This document shows, one piece after another, positions 18,574-27,249 of a stretch of DNA of 64,000 nt. Where the stretch lies: assembly GCA_963745645.1 (NCBI GenBank), contig CAVUYD010000004.1:428010-492009 (forward strand), written 5' to 3'. Source of the DNA: an uncultured Actinomycetes bacterium (GTDB lineage Bacteria > Actinomycetota > Acidimicrobiia > IMCC26256 > PALSA-610). The translations under genes were made by a program, and so were the position numbers. The notes beneath the pieces are model-generated. The model was not told the origin of the DNA and made no database searches. It worked only from the letters and a program-made list of their open reading frames with translations. How positions within the stretch are numbered: position 1 is the first letter of the stretch; each line of letters begins with the position of its first letter.

Positions 18574-21378
18574 TTGGGCGAGGTTTGTGTGAGCGTGTTC
18601 GGGTCTGCCACGCGGGTCGTCACAGTGCTGGTGTTCGTGGCCGCACCTGTGTTGCTCGCGCCGCGCCCCGCGTCGGCTCACGTTCCACACGACGTCATCA
18701 CGCAGGTCATTGCCTCGCCCGATTACAAGTCCGACGGGACGCTGTTCGCGATCTCGAGAAACCGCGTGTTGCGGTCGACGAACGGGGGCGCGGTCTGGTC
18801 CGAGATCGTCAACGGGGTCGATCGTCACACGCCGGTGTGGCTCGCCGCGGCACCCTCGGACAAGCGCATCATGTACATGTCGAATCTCGGCGGCGGCGTC
18901 TACCGCTCGGCCGACCAAGGCGTGTCGTGGTCGCCGACGGCGACGCCGGCCGCGATGAAGGACATCGCGCAGGTCGCCGTCTCACCCACCGCGCCGGATG
19001 TCGTCTTCGCCGCGGGTGTCTCCGCCGGGTTGTTTCGCACGGCCAACGCGGGGCAGACGTGGTCCGCAGTGGGCTCGTTCGGGAGGGTGAGGGCGCTGGT
19101 GTTCCCCGACTCGAGCGGTCGGATCGTCGTCGGCGACGACAGTGGTGAGATCTTCGTGTCCGACAACGACGGCAGCACCTGGGTCCGGTCCGGCGGCACG
19201 ACAAGTGGCGACCCGATCACCGCGCTCGCCGCGACGCGTTTTCCGACCTCCGGCGCCACCGTGTGGGCAGGCACCACGAGCGGCCGACTCCTGCGATCCA
19301 CCAATCGCGGGACGTCGTTCGCGGCGGTCGGAAGTGGTCTGCCGGCCGAACCGCTCACCGCGATCGGGGTCTCCGTCGGCTATCCGACCGACACGACGGT
19401 GTGGGTATCCACCTGGGAGCAGGGCGTGTACTGGTCGGGCAATGGTGGCACGACGTTCACCAAGCGGAGTGCGGGGCTGACGACCGATTCGCAGGCGACG
19501 ACGGAGAACGCGCCGCAATTCGGCAGCATCGCCGTCGCGGCCGCTGCGAACGGCCAGGAAGCTGTGTATCTCGGCGGCTTCGATGGGTTGTTCCGATCCG
19601 ACGACAAGGGCACCCACTGGCGCGAGCTCCAGACGCTGACCGACTACATCGTCGGGCTCGCCGTCTCACCGAACTACGCCGAGGACGCCACGGTGATCGC
19701 GACGACGTATGTCAAAGGCGCATACATCTCGAGCGACCGTGGAGTGTCATGGACGGCACGTGACGTCGGCTTGGGAACGGGAGGTACCAAGTTCGCACCG
19801 ATCGAACGTCTGCATGATGTGCAGTTCTCGCCGAACTTCGCGAACGACGGAACGATCTTCTCGGCGACCTGGTACAGCGTGCTGAAGTCGGTTGACCGCG
19901 GCGCGTCGTGGACCACGATTCCGGTGGGATCGGCTGCACCCGGAACGTTGCGACAGTTCGTCATCGCGGTGTCGCCGGCGTATGCGACGGACCGGACGGT
20001 CTACGTCGGCACCCGGGCCGGCGAGGTGTACCGATCGAAATCTGCAGGCGACGCCAACACATGGTCGCTTGTCGCGCACCTCGGTGGACGCATCCGTACC
20101 CTCGCCCTCGACCCGGCGTTCGCCGCCAACCCGGTTCTCTATGCCGGCGCGACGAACGGCGTGTTCAAGAGCGTTGACGGTGGTGCGAACTGGCAGGCAA
20201 CGGGTCCGAGGAGCATCGCGCTCCTTGCGATCTCGCCGAACTACGAGAACGACGGCACCGTGTTCGCCGGGACCGAGGGCGGTCTCTTCGTGACGCGCGA
20301 CGGAGGCCAGGTTTGGACGAAGCTCGCGGCGTCGCCGTTGTCCTCCTCGACCCACGTCGAAGCCCTCGGGGTGTCGCCGGAGTACGCGACCGACCGCACG
20401 TTGCTCGTGAGCGTGCTCGGGAAGGGGTTGTTCCGATCGACCGATGGCGGCACCACCTTCGTGGAAACCGGCGCGTCGCTCATCGACAACAACCTGCTGA
20501 TCGCCGACTTCGACAATCCTTCGTCGGAGCCCATCCAGTTCTCGCCGTCGTACGCGCTCGACCACACGATCTTCGGATTCGCGCAAACGCACGTCGTCAG
20601 GTCCACCGACACCGGTAGCACGTGGCAAGTGCTCGCGCTACCGCCGGCCGCGGCGATCCTCCGGCCGCCATCGGTCGCGGTCACGCCGACGACTCCGACA
20701 GTGGTCGAAGGCGCAGCGGGCACGCAGCGGGTCATGCATGTCTCGGTCGACCTCTCGCATCCGTATGCCTCCGAGGTCACCGTGCACTGGCGGACGTCCG
20801 ACGTTCCCGGGAACCCGGCGTTTGCCTCGGCGGCAGCGGGTGATTACGTGCCGGCGTCGGGCACACTCGTCTTCCCAAAGGGAGCGACGCGTGAGTTCGC
20901 TGACGTCGTCGTCAAGGGTGACGCGCTCGACGAATCCGACGAAGCGGTGTTGTTCGGGCTTTCGAACCCGACCAACGCAACGATCGGCGGCTTCTGGGGT
21001 CTCGGCTTCGGCATCATCCAGGACGACGATTCGACACCCACGGTCGTGCCGGGATCGGCGAGCATCATCGAAGGGGACGAAGGGTCGTCAGTCCTTGCGA
21101 TTCCCGTGTCGCTCTCGGCCGCGTCGGGCCGAACGGTCACGGTCGACTGGGCGACCGTTGACAGCGAGTCGATCGGTGGGCAGGACTTCGCGCCGGGTTC
21201 GGGCACCCTCACGTTCCTGCCCGGTGAGACCACCAAGTCGATTCCCGTCACGGTGTTCGGCGACGAAGCCGTCGAACCCGACGAGCTGCTCGTCGTCGTG
21301 ACCTCGAACCACGTCAACGCGCGGCCGGGTGGGTTCTACGGCCTGGGCATCGGGCACATCCTGAACGACGACGGCTGA
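18574..21378 (+). CDS. Secreted BNR/Asp-box repeat protein (sortilin/GH74-like double propeller) with two C-terminal Calx-beta domains
   Basis: The 934-aa ORF is intact, with signal peptide 'TRVVTVLVFVAAPVLLAPRPASA'. It has about 13 S-x-D-x-G-x-(T/S)-W boxes, including 'STNGGAVWSEI', 'SADQGVSWSP', 'TANAGQTWSAV', 'SDNDGSTWVRS', 'SDDKGTHWREL', 'SSDRGVSWTAR', 'SVDRGASWTTI', 'SVDGGANWQAT', 'TRDGGQVWTKL' and 'STDTGSTWQVL'. Two Calx-beta-like units follow: 'VTVHWRTSD...AAAGDYVPASGTLVFPKGATREFADVVVKGDALDESDEAVLFGL' and 'VTVDWATVD...GQDFAPGSGTLTFLPGETTKSIPVTVFGDEAVEPDELLVVV'. Confidence 0.85.
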   Translation: MGEVCVSVFGSATRVVTVLVFVAAPVLLAPRPASAHVPHDVITQVIASPDYKSDGTLFAISRNRVLRSTNGGAVWSEIVNGVDRHTPVWLAAAPSDKRIMYMSNLGGGVYRSADQGVSWSPTATPAAMKDIAQVAVSPTAPDVVFAAGVSAGLFRTANAGQTWSAVGSFGRVRALVFPDSSGRIVVGDDSGEIFVSDNDGSTWVRSGGTTSGDPITALAATRFPTSGATVWAGTTSGRLLRSTNRGTSFAAVGSGLPAEPLTAIGVSVGYPTDTTVWVSTWEQGVYWSGNGGTTFTKRSAGLTTDSQATTENAPQFGSIAVAAAANGQEAVYLGGFDGLFRSDDKGTHWRELQTLTDYIVGLAVSPNYAEDATVIATTYVKGAYISSDRGVSWTARDVGLGTGGTKFAPIERLHDVQFSPNFANDGTIFSATWYSVLKSVDRGASWTTIPVGSAAPGTLRQFVIAVSPAYATDRTVYVGTRAGEVYRSKSAGDANTWSLVAHLGGRIRTLALDPAFAANPVLYAGATNGVFKSVDGGANWQATGPRSIALLAISPNYENDGTVFAGTEGGLFVTRDGGQVWTKLAASPLSSSTHVEALGVSPEYATDRTLLVSVLGKGLFRSTDGGTTFVETGASLIDNNLLIADFDNPSSEPIQFSPSYALDHTIFGFAQTHVVRSTDTGSTWQVLALPPAAAILRPPSVAVTPTTPTVVEGAAGTQRVMHVSVDLSHPYASEVTVHWRTSDVPGNPAFASAAAGDYVPASGTLVFPKGATREFADVVVKGDALDESDEAVLFGLSNPTNATIGGFWGLGFGIIQDDDSTPTVVPGSASIIEGDEGSSVLAIPVSLSAASGRTVTVDWATVDSESIGGQDFAPGSGTLTFLPGETTKSIPVTVFGDEAVEPDELLVVVTSNHVNARPGGFYGLGIGHILNDDG

Positions 21379-21486
21379 ACGACGACGGCTGAACGACGAC
21401 GGCTGAACGACGACGGCTGAACGACGACGGCTGAACGACGACGGCTGAACGACGACGGCTGAACGACGACGGCTGAACGACGACGG
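21361..21486. repeat. Perfect tandem repeat, 14-bp unit 'ctgaacgacgacgg' x 9
   Basis: I counted nine exact copies from 21361 to 21486. The first copy encodes the last residues (LNDDG) and, with the next 4 nt, the TGA stop of the BNR/Calx-beta gene. The repeat ends in 'gccggactgag'. Confidence 0.95.
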
Positions 21487-21545
21487 GCCGGACTGAGTCG
21501 CGACGAGCGCCGCTGCGCCCGACGAAGGCGCTGACGCCCACGGAA

Positions 21546-22425
21546 GTGAAGAAGAATGGCGCGATGGAGATCAGCCGCGTCGGCAACTTCACGTTGGGGT
21601 GGGGCGAGAGCCTCGTGTGGGACGAGCAACGACGACGGTTGTACTTCGTCGACTGCGCCGCGCAGACGTTGCACTGGCTCGATGACGAGGACGACGAGCT
21701 CCACACGCTCCGCCCGCCGTCGATGCCGGCCGGGATCGTGCCGACCGATGACGGCCTGCTCGTCGGCGTCCTGCACGACGGGTTGCACGTCATTGATCCC
21801 GATCGCGGCACGACGCGGCTGCTCGCCGAATATCCCGAGGTGATCGGCGGCCGGTGCAACGATGCGTGCGCGGATCTCGGCGGCAACCTCATCACCGGAA
21901 AGCTGAACATGGGGCCGGAGGAGGGATCCGCTTGGTGGTACTCGAGCGTCGACGGGTGGCGCGTCATCGACGAGGACATCAGCAACACGAACGGCCCCGC
22001 GGTCGGTGTGCTCGACGACGTGATGACGCTCGTCATCGGTGACACCGCCGCGGACTACTACTCGTACCCGTACGAGCCCGACACCGGTGCGGTCGGACCG
22101 CGGTCGACGTTCGGGGACACCGAGCGCGCTGGACGGACTTCCCGACGGTTCGACGCTCGACGCCGACGGCGGCCTCTGGTGCGCGCTCGTCGGGGGCGGG
22201 CAGCTTGCGCGCTTCACGACGCGCGGGCTCGATCGCACCGTGTCCGTGCCGGTGACCAACCCGACGGATGTGACGTTCGGTGGCGATCGCCTCGATCGGC
22301 TGTTCGTCGTGAGCATCGCCGCCGGACCCGGTGACAGCGAGGACAGTCTCGACGGCGCGCTGCTCGTCATCGACGGCCTCGACGCGCGGGGTCGGGTCGA
22401 GCCCCGATTCTCCCTGCGCGCGTGA
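21546..22425 (+). pseudogene. SMP-30/gluconolactonase/LRE-like protein; one frameshift near 22110
   Basis: ORF 21546..22334 contains 'LGWGESLVWDEQRRRLYFVDCAAQTLHWLD...CNDACADLGGNLITG...TNGPA'. The C-terminus 'LPDGSTLDADGGLWCALVGGGQLARFTTRGLDRTVSVPVTNPTDVTFGGDRLDRLFV' is in ORF 22039..22425. Confidence 0.8.
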
Positions 22426-22443
22426 GCGCGCTGTGAGCAGCAC

Positions 22444-23301
22444 GTGAGCAACGTCGCGCGCCGCCTATGGATCGTGTCGGAACCGCTGCACACGCTGACG
22501 TACTTCGCGCCGGAGAGTCACCACACGTTCGAGGCGGTCGGGCTGCGGGGGTTCTGGCGCGGCTACTTCGCGGGCCGCGCCGCGCCGCTCGGCCCGGTCG
22601 GGCCCAATGTGGTGACCGCGACCTTCTTCGGGTTCCATCCGGCGTTCGTCAGTCGTGCGATTCCTTCGGTGTGGTCGATCGTGAGCCCGCAGGATGCGCT
22701 CACCGCGCGCGGCGCGGGGATCGATGCCGCCCTACGCCGGATCGTCGGCTCGGATCTGCCGGCATCGAGTGTCGACGCGATCGCGCAACTGCGTGAGGCA
22801 ATCGCGCACACTCCCGTGGCCGGTCGCCCGCTCTATGCGGCGAACGTCGCAATCGACTGGCCCGAAGACCGACACCTCGCGCTCTGGCACGCCGCGACGC
22901 TCGTGCGCGAACACCGAGGCGACGGGCATGTCCACACGCTCACGGTCGCGGGGTTGGACGCGTGCGAGGCGCACGTGCTGCGCATCGCCGACGAAACGTT
23001 GCCGATCGAGTCGATCCAGCCCTACCGCGGCTGGTCCGAGACGGACTGGGAGGAGGCGACGCGCCGGCTCGAAGCGCGTGGGCTGCTCGCGGATGGGCAC
23101 ACGACGCCCGCGGGTCACGACCTGCGCCGCGACCGTCGAGGCCGACACGGATCGGCTCGGCGCGGTGCTCGTCGGTCGAATCTCCGAGCCCGACGTCGTG
23201 GTGGACACCTTCGCCGCGCTCCGCGGGCGATCGCGGCTTCGGGAGACGTCCCCTACCCGAACCCGATCGGAGTCCCGGACCCGTTCGCAGCCGACGGGTG
23301 A
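22444..23301 (+). pseudogene. Conserved actinobacterial hypothetical protein (SCO6745-like, tentative); two frameshifts near 23110-23230
   Basis: ORF 22444..23301 contains 'ARRLWIVSEPLHTLTYFAPESHHTFEAVGLRGFWRGYFAGRAAPLGPVG...FFGFHP'. An internal piece 'ATVEADTDRLGAVLVGRISEPDVVVDTFAALRG' reads in the frame of ORF 22694..23377. The family assignment is from memory only. Confidence 0.5.
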
Positions 23302-23354
23302 GAGGGGCGCGCCGTCGCAATGCGACGCGCCCCTCCGGTCGTGCGTCGGCCGGC

Positions 23355-24125
23355 TCAGCTGTTGCCGACGAGCTTGAACACCGCGCCGGTCGGGTCCGCG
23401 GCGGTCGCCAAGCGCCCGTACGGCGTGTCCTCGGCGGGCACGATGATCGTCGCGCCCAGATCGACCGCTTGCTTCAACGCGGCGTCGGTGGCGTCGACGC
23501 GGAAGTACACCGACCAATGCGCCGGAACACCCTCCGGAAGGAAGCCACTGGCGTCCATCACGCCCGCCAGTTGCTCGTCGCCCTCGTTGAGCGTCGTGTA
23601 GCGGAACTCGGGTGTGTCGCTCACCGCGCGCGCGTCCCAGTCGAAGACGTCCTTGTAGAACTGCACGGCGGCGTCGTAGTCGCGCGTGTGCAGCTCGAAC
23701 CACCCCGGCGTGTTCGGCTCGTCCACGACGCCGAAGCCCTTGTGCAGGCCGGGCTGCCATAGGCCGATCGCGGCGCCGCCCGCGTCGATCACGACTGCCA
23801 TCGTGCCCAGCTCACCGACTGCCATCGGTGACACCATGATCTGGCCGCCGTGCTTCACGGCGGCGTCAGCGGTCGCCTCCGCGTCTTCGGTCGCGAGATA
23901 GATCGACCAGAGGTCGGGCGTTCCGTTGGCGCCGTCGTTCTGCATCGCGCCGGCGACCGGGACGCCGTCTTTGGTGAAGTTGATGTAGCCGCCGTACTCG
24001 GGTCCGGCCGACTCGGATTCCCAGCCGAAGAGCTCGCCGTAGAACGCGCGGCTCCTGTCGGGGTCGGTCGTGAACAGGTCGATCCAGCACGGGGCGCCGA
24101 TGGGGGCGGAATCACGCTGAGGCAC
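23355..24125 (-). CDS. Two-domain VOC (glyoxalase/bleomycin-resistance fold) family protein
   Basis: The 256-aa ORF is intact with two similar halves: 'GAPCWIDLFTTDPDRSRAFYGELFGWE...PDLWSIYLATEDAEATADAAVKHGGQIMVSP' and 'PGWFELHTRDYDAAVQFYKDVFDWD...PAHWSVYFRVDATDAALKQAVDLGATIIVP'. Confidence 0.85.
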   Translation of the reverse strand: MPQRDSAPIGAPCWIDLFTTDPDRSRAFYGELFGWESESAGPEYGGYINFTKDGVPVAGAMQNDGANGTPDLWSIYLATEDAEATADAAVKHGGQIMVSPMAVGELGTMAVVIDAGGAAIGLWQPGLHKGFGVVDEPNTPGWFELHTRDYDAAVQFYKDVFDWDARAVSDTPEFRYTTLNEGDEQLAGVMDASGFLPEGVPAHWSVYFRVDATDAALKQAVDLGATIIVPAEDTPYGRLATAADPTGAVFKLVGNS

Positions 24126-24238
24126 GGGGGACTCCTTTGTTGGTTCGTTCGCAGTCAGTCCTTCGACTCCCGACCCGAGAAGAAATCATCGGTGGTTTCG
24201 CCGGGAACCGGAGGGGCGGGACGGGGGAGACTGTGCGG

Positions 24239-24871
24239 GTGAGCGAGACGTACGAATCGGTGCTCGCGCGGTTGCAGCGAGCGTACGACGCGAAGGTCGA
24301 CGTGCGCGAGCGGCATCCCGTCGAGACGTGGAAGCACGAAGAACGGCTCGCGTTCCTCGCCCGGCTCGAGGCGGCCGGCGCGACCCGGCTGCTCGAGATC
24401 GGCGCGGGCACAGGTCATCACGGCAAGTTCTTCGCGGATGCCGGCCTCGATGTGGTTTGTACCGACGCGTCACCGGCCATGGTCGAGGCCTGCCGCGCCA
24501 AGGGCCTCGTATCGGAGCCGGCCGACTTCCTCTCCGTCGACCGCGGGTGGTCGTTCGACGCCGTCTTCGCGATGAACTGTCTGCTGCACGTGCCGCGTAC
24601 AGATCTGTCCGCCGCGCTGCGATCAGTGGCGGCGACGCTCGAACCCGGCGGCTGGTTCTTCTGGGGTCAGTACGGCGGCATCGACCGGGAGTCCACGTTC
24701 GCCGACGACACGTACGAGCCGAAGCGCTTCTTCTCGTACGTCTCCGACGACTCGATGCTCGCGATCGCGTCCGAGCGCTTCGATGTCGTCGACTTCCACG
24801 CGGTCGAGGTCGGTGGTGAGCCGGGCACGCACTTCCAGGCCTTGACGCTGCAGCGCGCCGCGGATCGCTAA
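24239..24871 (+). CDS. Class I SAM-dependent methyltransferase
   Basis: Motif I 'RLLEIGAGTGHHGKFFADAGLDVVCTDASPAMV' and post-I/II motifs 'FDAVFAMNCLLHVP', 'LEPGGWFF'. The ORF is open from 24137. I prefer GTG 24239 ('VSETYESV') because of 'gggggag' upstream. The start is uncertain. Confidence 0.75.
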   Translation: MSETYESVLARLQRAYDAKVDVRERHPVETWKHEERLAFLARLEAAGATRLLEIGAGTGHHGKFFADAGLDVVCTDASPAMVEACRAKGLVSEPADFLSVDRGWSFDAVFAMNCLLHVPRTDLSAALRSVAATLEPGGWFFWGQYGGIDRESTFADDTYEPKRFFSYVSDDSMLAIASERFDVVDFHAVEVGGEPGTHFQALTLQRAADR

Positions 24872-24940
24872 AGTCGACGTTCGTGGCCGGCATCTGAACT
24901 TCCGTCTGAGGTCGTCGCTCGACACTTCCGGAGGTTCTGC

Positions 24941-25765
24941 ATGTCCATCTCAGCTCTCGACGGTCTCCATGGCCGCGTTGCGTTGGTCACCGGTGCGAAT
25001 CACGGCATCGGCGCCGCGACCGCGCGCGTGCTCGCGGCGCGCGGTGCGCGTGTCTGTGTGAGCTACCTGCGCGTCGAGGATGCGCGAGACGTCGGGACCC
25101 CGGAGGCCTATCGAGCGGCGCGTCGCCAGGATGCGAGCGCGCTGGTGGACGAGATCGCGGGCGCGGGTGGGGTCGTCGTCGCGCTCGAAGCCGATCTCGC
25201 CGAGGCCGAGCGGATACCGGACCTCTTCGACGGCGCTGAGACTGCGCTCGGACCCGTCGACATCCTCGTCAACAACGCGACGGGTTGGATTGCGGACTCG
25301 TTCCGCCCGAAGCCGGTGGATCGCCTCGGGCGCGCGAGCCGGCGAGTCGCGCCCGAGGCGATCGACCAGCAGTTCGCGGTCGACGCGCGCGGCGGGGCGC
25401 TGCTCATCGCCGAGTTCGCGCGCCGGCACATCGCACGCGGCGCGAGTTGGGGCCGGATCGTCAGCCTCACGTCGGGCGGCCCGCTCGGGTTCCCCGAGGA
25501 AGCGTCCTACGGCGCGGCCAAGGCCGCGCTGGTCAGCTACACGATGACCGCCGCGCTCGAGCTCGCGGAGCTCGGCGTCACCGCGAACGCCGTGCACCCG
25601 CCCGTCACCGACACGGGGTGGATCACGCCCGCGGTGCACGAGTTCGTCGCCGAGAGTCCGGAGCACTTCCACGTCGCGGATCCGGGCGAGGTTGCAGACG
25701 TCATCGCGTGGCTGGTGTCCGATCAGGCCCGGTTGGTCACGGCGAACGTCGTCCGGTTGCGCTGA
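24941..25765 (+). CDS. SDR family oxidoreductase
   Basis: The 274-aa ORF is intact. Cofactor motif 'VALVTGANHGIGAATARVLAARGARV', 'NNAT', and catalytic 'YGAAKAAL'. Confidence 0.9.
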   Translation: MSISALDGLHGRVALVTGANHGIGAATARVLAARGARVCVSYLRVEDARDVGTPEAYRAARRQDASALVDEIAGAGGVVVALEADLAEAERIPDLFDGAETALGPVDILVNNATGWIADSFRPKPVDRLGRASRRVAPEAIDQQFAVDARGGALLIAEFARRHIARGASWGRIVSLTSGGPLGFPEEASYGAAKAALVSYTMTAALELAELGVTANAVHPPVTDTGWITPAVHEFVAESPEHFHVADPGEVADVIAWLVSDQARLVTANVVRLR

Positions 25766-25786
25766 GCGCCTGAGTGCCGCGTTCGG

Positions 25787-26335
25787 TCAGGGGGTAGCGA
25801 GGCGAACGGCGACCGCGCGTGCGATCTCGTTCATGCGTGACTCGGGGACGCACAGCTCCTCCGCGACACCGAGCTGGCTGAAGATCCGCGGTCCCTTCCA
25901 TTCGGCCGGCTGATCGGCGCGACGGGGGATGACGTGGAAGTGCACGTGCGGATGCCGCGGATCCTCGGCGAACTGGGCGACGTACGTCTTGGTGCAGCCG
26001 AGCTCCTCCTGCAGCGCGCGGGAAACGCGTTGCACGAGCGGGCCGAGCTCGCCGGCTTCCGTGCCGTCCATGTCGGCGACGGCGGTGATGTGCCGGCGCG
26101 TCGCGAGCACCAGCCAGCCTTCGAGTGCGGTGCCGTACGCGTGCACGACGTCCCACGCGCTCGTGCGCAGGATCGCGTCCCACGGCGGTGCGCCGCCCGC
26201 GTCGCGGCGCGCGACGAGCTCACACGTTCGACAGCCGTCCACGCGGGAAGTCTGGCTGGTCGATCCAGCGGCGGAGAAATGGCTTCTGAGTCCGGAACAT
26301 CTGGGCAAGCGCGGGGAAATCGACTTTGATGGCAA
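25787..26335 (-). CDS. HIT (histidine triad) family protein; 5' end uncertain
   Basis: Histidine triad 'HPHVHFHVIPR'. N-terminal 'CRTCELVARRD' is typical of HIT proteins. A possible true N-terminus 'MFRTQKPFLRRWIDQPDFPR' lies just upstream in another frame (end of ORF 26220..27122), which suggests a shift near 26230. Confidence 0.7.
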   Translation of the reverse strand: MPSKSISPRLPRCSGLRSHFSAAGSTSQTSRVDGCRTCELVARRDAGGAPPWDAILRTSAWDVVHAYGTALEGWLVLATRRHITAVADMDGTEAGELGPLVQRVSRALQEELGCTKTYVAQFAEDPRHPHVHFHVIPRRADQPAEWKGPRIFSQLGVAEELCVPESRMNEIARAVAVRLATP

Positions 26336-26370
26336 ATCCTCGCGGCCGAGACGCTCGCGGTCGGTGAGGT

Positions 26371-27225
26371 GTGGCCACCGAAGTCGGGGCCGTTCCGTGC
26401 GATGCTGCGGCCGTGAGTACTCCCGAAGAGAAGGTTGCGGCGCTGCGGGTGCGGCGCGAACCGCCGCACTTCCGGCGCGTCGAAGTGCAGCGCGTGGTGC
26501 CGGTGACGCCGCGCCTGCTGCGCGTCACGCTCGGCGGACCCGAGCTCGAGGGTTTCGCGGTCGAGCTCCCGGCCGCGAGCGTGCGCCTGCTGCTGCCGGC
26601 CCCGGACTCCGATGAACTGGTGATCCCGGCGTGGAACGGCAACGAGTTCCTGCTCCCCGACGGAGAGCGGCCCGTGATCCGGACGCTGACGCCGCGCCGG
26701 ATCGACGCCGACGCGTTCGAGCTCGACGTCGAGGTCGTCGTCCATCCCGGTGGGATCGCGTCGGCCTGGGCGGCGCGGGCGGCGGCGGGGACCCGCGCCG
26801 CGATCTCCGGCCCCGGCCGCGGGTACACCATCGCCGCCGATGCGCCCGCGTTCCTGCTCGGGGGCGACGAGACCGCGCTTCCGGCGATCTGCCAGTTGCT
26901 CGAAACCCTGCCCGAACCCGCTGGGTTGCAGGTGCACATCGAGATGGCGAGTCCCGATGCACGTTTCGCGTTGCCCGCGCACCCGCACGCAACCGTTGCG
27001 TGGTGGGAACTGCCGTCCGGCGCTCCGCACGGCGACGCGCTGGTCACCGCCGTGCGCGAGGCGGAGCTGGTTGCGGGCACACGCGTGTGGGTCGCGGGCG
27101 AAGCTGCGTCGATGCAACGCATCCGCGGCCATCTCTTCGAGGAGCGGGCGCTGCCGCGCGGCCGGGCGACGGTGCGTGGTTACTGGAAGCACGGCCGCGC
27201 CGGCGACGCCGCCGATTCGGACTGA
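26371..27225 (+). CDS. Siderophore-interacting protein (FAD-binding_9 / SIP family reductase)
   Basis: The ORF is intact. 'VQRVVPVTPRLLRVTLGG...RTLTPRR...LDVEVVVHPGGIASAWAA...ISGPGRGY...FLLGGDETALPAI...VWVAGEAASMQRIRGHL...VRGYWKHG' matches the ViuB/SIP pattern. Confidence 0.85.
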   Translation: MATEVGAVPCDAAAVSTPEEKVAALRVRREPPHFRRVEVQRVVPVTPRLLRVTLGGPELEGFAVELPAASVRLLLPAPDSDELVIPAWNGNEFLLPDGERPVIRTLTPRRIDADAFELDVEVVVHPGGIASAWAARAAAGTRAAISGPGRGYTIAADAPAFLLGGDETALPAICQLLETLPEPAGLQVHIEMASPDARFALPAHPHATVAWWELPSGAPHGDALVTAVREAELVAGTRVWVAGEAASMQRIRGHLFEERALPRGRATVRGYWKHGRAGDAADSD

Positions 27226-27249
27226 TCGATCGGGGCGTAGCGTGCGCGC

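Noticed and set aside
21361-21486. Possible CRISPR array or other spacer-containing repeat.
   Set aside because: The repeats are directly abutting 14-mers with no spacers, and there are no cas genes in the window. It is a simple tandem repeat.
21314-22493. Minus-strand ORFs containing the peptide repeat 'SAVVVQPSSFSRRR' several times.
   Set aside because: The peptide repeat is just the 14-bp DNA tandem repeat read through in three phases. The rest of these ORFs is antisense to the SMP-30-like gene.
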